A stretch of DNA of 53,225 bases from the NCBI GenBank assembly GCA_046861645.1, contig JBHHUM010000008.1, positions 1 to 53,225 of the forward strand, read 5' to 3'. Source of the stretch: Fidelibacterota bacterium (GTDB lineage Bacteria; Fidelibacterota; Marinisomatia; Marinisomatales; UBA2128). Shown here in pieces: positions 49,093-53,225 of the stretch. Within the stretch, counting starts at the first letter, position 1, and each line of letters starts with the position of its first letter. The position numbers and the translations under genes are program-made. Below the pieces are notes generated by a model that saw nothing but the letters and a program-made list of their open reading frames with translations, was not told the origin of the DNA and ran no database searches.

Positions 49093-51468
49093 CTAGTCCT
49101 GTTTGATCAATTTGGGGTCATCAGCCGCCTGCGAAGAGGCAACGATGGACTCCTTCTCTGGTACCGGTGTGGAATTTTGCCTAACGGCACTTCTCTGCTT
49201 TCCCCAGATGAACCGGGGCTGAAAAAAGGCAAACAAAGGGGGTAAAATAATCAGGGAACCAAAGCCACTGGTAATCATCGTGAGTGAGACCAACCATCCG
49301 AAATTTTGTACGGGGGTGAACCCCGAAAATATCAATACAGAGAAACCGAGAATATTTGAGAACAGGTCGAAAATTATGGCTTTTCCGGCGGTGGTCAAAG
49401 TCGTTAAAGTTGCAGTTTCCACGGCATGGGATTTTAGAAATTCCTCTTTAAACCTGCTGACAAAGTGAATAGCAAAATCGACACCCACACCCACGGCTAT
49501 GGCGGTGACGATAGCGGTACCCATTTCCAAACGTATCCCTAAAAAGCCCATTAATCCGAAGGTAATCATGGTGGCAATGGCAAGGGGAACTATATTGAAC
49601 AACCCTCCCAAAAGGGCACGAAACACCACTAAACAGAATAAAAACACAATAAGGATTGCTGTGATGATATTCTGAATTTCACCCTTGGCAATATAGGATA
49701 CCTGTGCCAACCAGGACATGACCGATCCACCAAATTCAATTTCCACACCGGCATCAAAATGTGACTGAGCATACTGACGAAGTGCGCTGTAAAGCCGTTT
49801 ATGGTCATCCTGCTCAGAAGTTTGAATCATTACTTTGATTTTCGCCCGTTGATAATCATAATCCACAATATCCTCGAAATCTCCTGGATCTCCCGAGATG
49901 GAATAGAGGAGCAGATACTGAGAGATTAATTCGCGGGAATCTGGTATCTTTTCATAAGCCGGATCATCACTATTCATAACCCGATTAATTCTTTTGATAA
50001 TATCCGCAAAGGAACTCGAATAGCCGACCCCCGCCAGTCCCTCGGCATAATTCTGGTACTCTTCAATTTGCTTTAGCAAAGTGGGATCCGTAATGGAATC
50101 AGCCTCCTTCCCGGTGATCATAATATTGAGATATCGTGCTCCACCTAAAAATTCATTAAACATACTGAACGATTGTTTAATCCGGTGACCATCAGGAAAC
50201 ATTTCCGTAAAATCGGTACCGATCTGTATTTTATTGATACCTACCATGGAAATCACGATAACGGCGCATGTAAAAACCGCGATGAGACCCGGCTTTTTCA
50301 AAGAAAGTTTGGCGATGAATGTCAGGAGGCGTTCTCCAAGATGATTCTCCTTTTTCTTAACTTTGGGGGAAGGTTTATTCAATAACATCAGTAGCGACTG
50401 CGGAACAGTCAGGGTAAGGAGTAGTGCAGACAAGATCCCGATGCCAGCAATAATACCAAATTCGCGGATAGATACAATTTTGAATACAGCTAAGGTAGCT
50501 GATCCGACAGCGGAAGTAATCCCTGTCATCAGTACCGGGGGTGTCATGGCAATGACAGTCTCGTGTACTGCCTTGGCGATGGACTGGCGTCGAATCTCTT
50601 CATAATAACGATGCACAATATGAATACCATAGGAACTGGCAACGGCCACCATGACCATGGGCAGGGCTGAAGAAACCACAGTGATCTCCAGCCCGATATG
50701 TCCCATTATTCCCATCGTCCAGATAATACTCAGTATTACTACAGAAAAAGGGAGAAGTACCCCACGAACGCTTCGAAACGAGATAAAGAACCCAATTAAT
50801 ACCAACAATAAGGCAAAAGGTAACAGCGTGGAGACATCCTTCTGGATACCCAGATCAATTTCCTGCTCCATGACCGGCTCGCCGTTGGTGTACATCTGCT
50901 CGGGACCGGCATATTTTTTAGCAATGGCTTCCACCTGATTGTAGACGGTTGCCTGATCGTAACCACGTTCGATATTGGCTGTAATAACGGTACTGCTGAA
51001 GTCCCGGGAGACCAATTTCCCATAAATCAGAGCATTGGCTTGAACATCGCTACGTAGCAGAGCAATCTCTTCCTCGGTTTTTGGAACAGACTCCATAAAA
51101 GGTCCCACAGCCAGACCCCACTCCCGTCCTTTAATATTAGTCAGGGTAGCCAGACTGGTAATCTGATCTTCAATGACGCCCTCTACCTGCTTCAATTCTT
51201 CAGAGACAGAAGCGATTTTCTGCAGGGTTTGAACATTAAAAATATCGTTAGTTCTGAGGCCAATCATCACGACGTCCTTTTCACCAAAGACTTCCTCCAA
51301 GCGGTCATTCGTAGCGATTATGGGGTCATCAGGAGGTAGATCAGAATCGTAGTTGTTTCGCGTCTCAATTTTGGTGATACCCGACCCAACAACAACGGTA
51401 AGTATCCCCATCAAGGTGAGAACTGCCCGGGGATGATGGGTGATGAGGTTGGCGAATCTTTTCAGCAT
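49093..51468 (-). CDS. MMPL/RND-family transporter
   Basis: Two repeats of TM plus periplasmic domain plus TM bundle. GVGVDFAIH. ATG 51468 gives better RBS spacing than 51474. Confidence 0.93.
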   Translation of the reverse strand: MLKRFANLITHHPRAVLTLMGILTVVVGSGITKIETRNNYDSDLPPDDPIIATNDRLEEVFGEKDVVMIGLRTNDIFNVQTLQKIASVSEELKQVEGVIEDQITSLATLTNIKGREWGLAVGPFMESVPKTEEEIALLRSDVQANALIYGKLVSRDFSSTVITANIERGYDQATVYNQVEAIAKKYAGPEQMYTNGEPVMEQEIDLGIQKDVSTLLPFALLLVLIGFFISFRSVRGVLLPFSVVILSIIWTMGIMGHIGLEITVVSSALPMVMVAVASSYGIHIVHRYYEEIRRQSIAKAVHETVIAMTPPVLMTGITSAVGSATLAVFKIVSIREFGIIAGIGILSALLLTLTVPQSLLMLLNKPSPKVKKKENHLGERLLTFIAKLSLKKPGLIAVFTCAVIVISMVGINKIQIGTDFTEMFPDGHRIKQSFSMFNEFLGGARYLNIMITGKEADSITDPTLLKQIEEYQNYAEGLAGVGYSSSFADIIKRINRVMNSDDPAYEKIPDSRELISQYLLLYSISGDPGDFEDIVDYDYQRAKIKVMIQTSEQDDHKRLYSALRQYAQSHFDAGVEIEFGGSVMSWLAQVSYIAKGEIQNIITAILIVFLFCLVVFRALLGGLFNIVPLAIATMITFGLMGFLGIRLEMGTAIVTAIAVGVGVDFAIHFVSRFKEEFLKSHAVETATLTTLTTAGKAIIFDLFSNILGFSVLIFSGFTPVQNFGWLVSLTMITSGFGSLIILPPLFAFFQPRFIWGKQRSAVRQNSTPVPEKESIVASSQAADDPKLIKQD

Positions 51469-51524
51469 AGACATCTCCTTAATTGGTTTGACTATAATTT
51501 ATTGCCTGACCATAATAAGATTAT

Positions 51525-51537
51525 TGACTGACAGTCA
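51525..51537. promoter_or_regulatory. Putative TetR operator
   Basis: Perfect palindrome TGACTG-A-CAGTCA upstream of the MMPL gene. A related TAACTAGTGGTCA lies upstream of tetR. Confidence 0.7.
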
Positions 51538-51588
51538 TTTATGGAGTAAAAAAATACACCGTTAAGGGTATAGTGGTTTAAGTACATA

Positions 51589-52221
51589 TCACTTCTTCTT
51601 TAATCCTTCCATGTAAATATCGATGGCGTGATTAAGGAGGGCTTTTTCATCGATAGTGCGCATAAACTCCTTATGACTTTTCTCGCTGCAAAGGAAGAAG
51701 ATACCGTAGGCAGTCGCCCACAGGTTTAAGGTCATTTTCCAGGCATCAACCTTGCGGAACGTCCCTTCCCCAATTCCTTTTTGAATGATTCCCTCGATCA
51801 TACGCAGCATCTCTTTTGCCTGGCTCATACAGGATTCATAAAGTTCGGGGGTAACTTTGTTTCTCAGATCACCAAGATGGAGCTGGTAGGTAATTTTGAA
51901 ATAGTCAGGATATTGTTTATAGAATTCGTAATAGACATGCGCCGTTTTCCATATCAATTCTTCAGCGGAAAGGGAGGGCAACAGTTCCTTTTGCATCATT
52001 TCCATAAAAATATTATCTCCTTCATGGAGCAAGGAGAGATACAATTCCTCCTTACTTTGAAAATAGAGATAAAGGGTTCCCTTGCTCAGCTCAGCTTTGA
52101 TGGCGATTTCATCCATGGTTGCCGAAATAAGTCCCTTGGCGAAAAACACTTCCTTGGCGGCTTGCATTATATCAGCCCGCCGCTGCTGCTTCTCCCTTTC
52201 TTTGCGCTCTAAGATACCCAT
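51589..52221 (-). CDS. TetR/AcrR-family transcriptional regulator
   Basis: ATMDEIA..AELSKGTLYLYFQSKEEL. Confidence 0.95.
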   Translation of the reverse strand: MGILERKEREKQQRRADIMQAAKEVFFAKGLISATMDEIAIKAELSKGTLYLYFQSKEELYLSLLHEGDNIFMEMMQKELLPSLSAEELIWKTAHVYYEFYKQYPDYFKITYQLHLGDLRNKVTPELYESCMSQAKEMLRMIEGIIQKGIGEGTFRKVDAWKMTLNLWATAYGIFFLCSEKSHKEFMRTIDEKALLNHAIDIYMEGLKKK

Positions 52222-52227
52222 TGGATA

Positions 52228-52240
52228 TAACTAGTGGTCA
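52228..52240. promoter_or_regulatory. Putative TetR auto-operator
   Basis: TAACTAGTGGTCA followed by TTTA, the same flank as the MMPL operator. Begins 7 bp upstream of the tetR ATG. Confidence 0.55.
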
Positions 52241-52431
52241 TTTACTGACCAATATTAAGTATCATCTTAGTTTAATCCAACTTTTTTTCTGGGGAAATCA
52301 ATTGATTTCGAATTCAGGGCCAAGGTTTATCTTTAGACACCCTGAGCAGTCATCCAGTTTTGCCTTCATCCCTGTAATCACAAGGATTAAGAATCACCTA
52401 TAAACTTTCAGGGGATATTTCTCGGTACTTC

Positions 52432-52962
52432 TCAGTACCAGAACAAGCGTCTGCCCAATGCCATGGCAATTACGGTGATCAGCAGGAGAATGGCGATCCA
52501 CCTGACACTTGCCATCATTTTATTTTGGAGTTGCTGTATTTCTGTCAACTGCTCAGGAGTAGGCGGTCTACTTTGAGATTCTATTTCCTTACCCAGTAAG
52601 GCTACTCTTTTTGCACTGGGTACTTGAAAAGCCATGCCGATGGTCAGAGCGATACCGGACAAAATTCCTCCTACAGTAATGGACATACCCATACCAGACA
52701 TTAACCAGTCCCGGCCAAAACCACCGGAATATACCCAGGATAAATAAGTTCCCGAGAGCACTGCCAACCATGCGGAGACATTCAAATAAAGAGATATACG
52801 GGTTCCCTGCATCATCCCCTTCATGAAAATCTGTCCATCGTTTCCGGTGGCTTGTACAGCAGGTACGATAAACCAAGCCATGAGAAAAACACCTCCTCCC
52901 CAAAATACTCCTGAAACAATATGTATTAAATTCAAAACACTTACCCAATCCATGGTCTTCAT
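52432..52962 (-). CDS. Four-TM membrane protein (CopD/DUF2269-like, N-terminal His)
   Basis: LIHIVSGVFWGG and four hydrophobic helices. The start may be 52953. Confidence 0.75.
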   Translation of the reverse strand: MKTMDWVSVLNLIHIVSGVFWGGGVFLMAWFIVPAVQATGNDGQIFMKGMMQGTRISLYLNVSAWLAVLSGTYLSWVYSGGFGRDWLMSGMGMSITVGGILSGIALTIGMAFQVPSAKRVALLGKEIESQSRPPTPEQLTEIQQLQNKMMASVRWIAILLLITVIAMALGRRLFWY

Positions 52963-53021
52963 CCTCCAATATTTGGGAGAATTTACAAGTTATTTGGGGA
53001 AATGGAGATATTGTTGTGCCG

Positions 53022-53225
53022 TCAAACTGTTGTTTTTTCAGTTTTACCTATACGATACCCCCTGTATACATATTTATCCCCTACAACAAAAACGGTGTTG
53101 GGACCTGCATACGCAACAGAATAGAAAGCATTGATGTTACTCAAATCAAAAGGAATATATCGATACCACGTTTCCCCATTGTAATGAAACAGTTTCTGAA
53201 AATCACCCACATCAAAGAAATCATT
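53022..53225 (-). CDS. Partial (3' end) beta-propeller-like protein running off the window
   Basis: Open frame to the window edge: DFFDVGDFQKLFHYNGETW...TVFVVGD, a propeller-blade-like repeat. Confidence 0.6.
   Translation of the reverse strand, partial: NDFFDVGDFQKLFHYNGETWYRYIPFDLSNINAFYSVAYAGPNTVFVVGDKYVYRGYRIGKTEKTTV

Noticed and set aside
52294..52309. Perfect 16-bp palindrome GAAATCAATTGATTTC
   Set aside because: Single AT-rich occurrence, unrelated to the TGAC operator. No function can be supported.
630..53134. Numerous short antisense or overlapping ORFs in the track (e.g. 16394-16765, 33266-33670, 51781-52212, 52589-52969)
   Set aside because: They are shadows of well-supported genes and have no independent motifs.

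Overview
Bacterial genomic window, mostly AT-rich, with four blocks. (1) 484-4579 (+): a membrane/PAS-like protein, a dCache-HAMP-PAS histidine kinase and a separate receiver gene. (2) 4745-26321 (almost all minus strand): an essentially complete type IVa/MSHA-like pilus locus. It has an HTH-REC regulator, an ExeA/MshM-like ATPase, a PilM-PilN fusion, pilO, a PilP-like gene, pilQ, pilT, pilU, a receiver, pilD, pilB, a sigma54 activator and pilC. These are followed by two candidate major pilins behind a sigma54 promoter with tandem enhancer sites, a terminator, four minor pilins, a large PilX-like tip protein and three related small membrane proteins. (3) 26667-44923: a dense signalling island with multi-PAS/GAF kinases, NarL-type regulators, a lipoprotein and a porin-PBP-kinase triad. 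(4) 45251-53225: a TetR-controlled MMPL/RND, LolA-like, beta-barrel, SDR and DUF1302-like operon, slightly higher in GC. No rRNA, tRNA, CRISPR array or transposase was seen. An FCB-group/Marinimicrobia-like origin is my impression only. The most notable signals are shared CxxC and Asp/His-rich motifs on three pilus-tip proteins, a kinase-receiver module that is locally expanded and apparently swapped, and a REP-like hairpin repeat with compensatory base changes.
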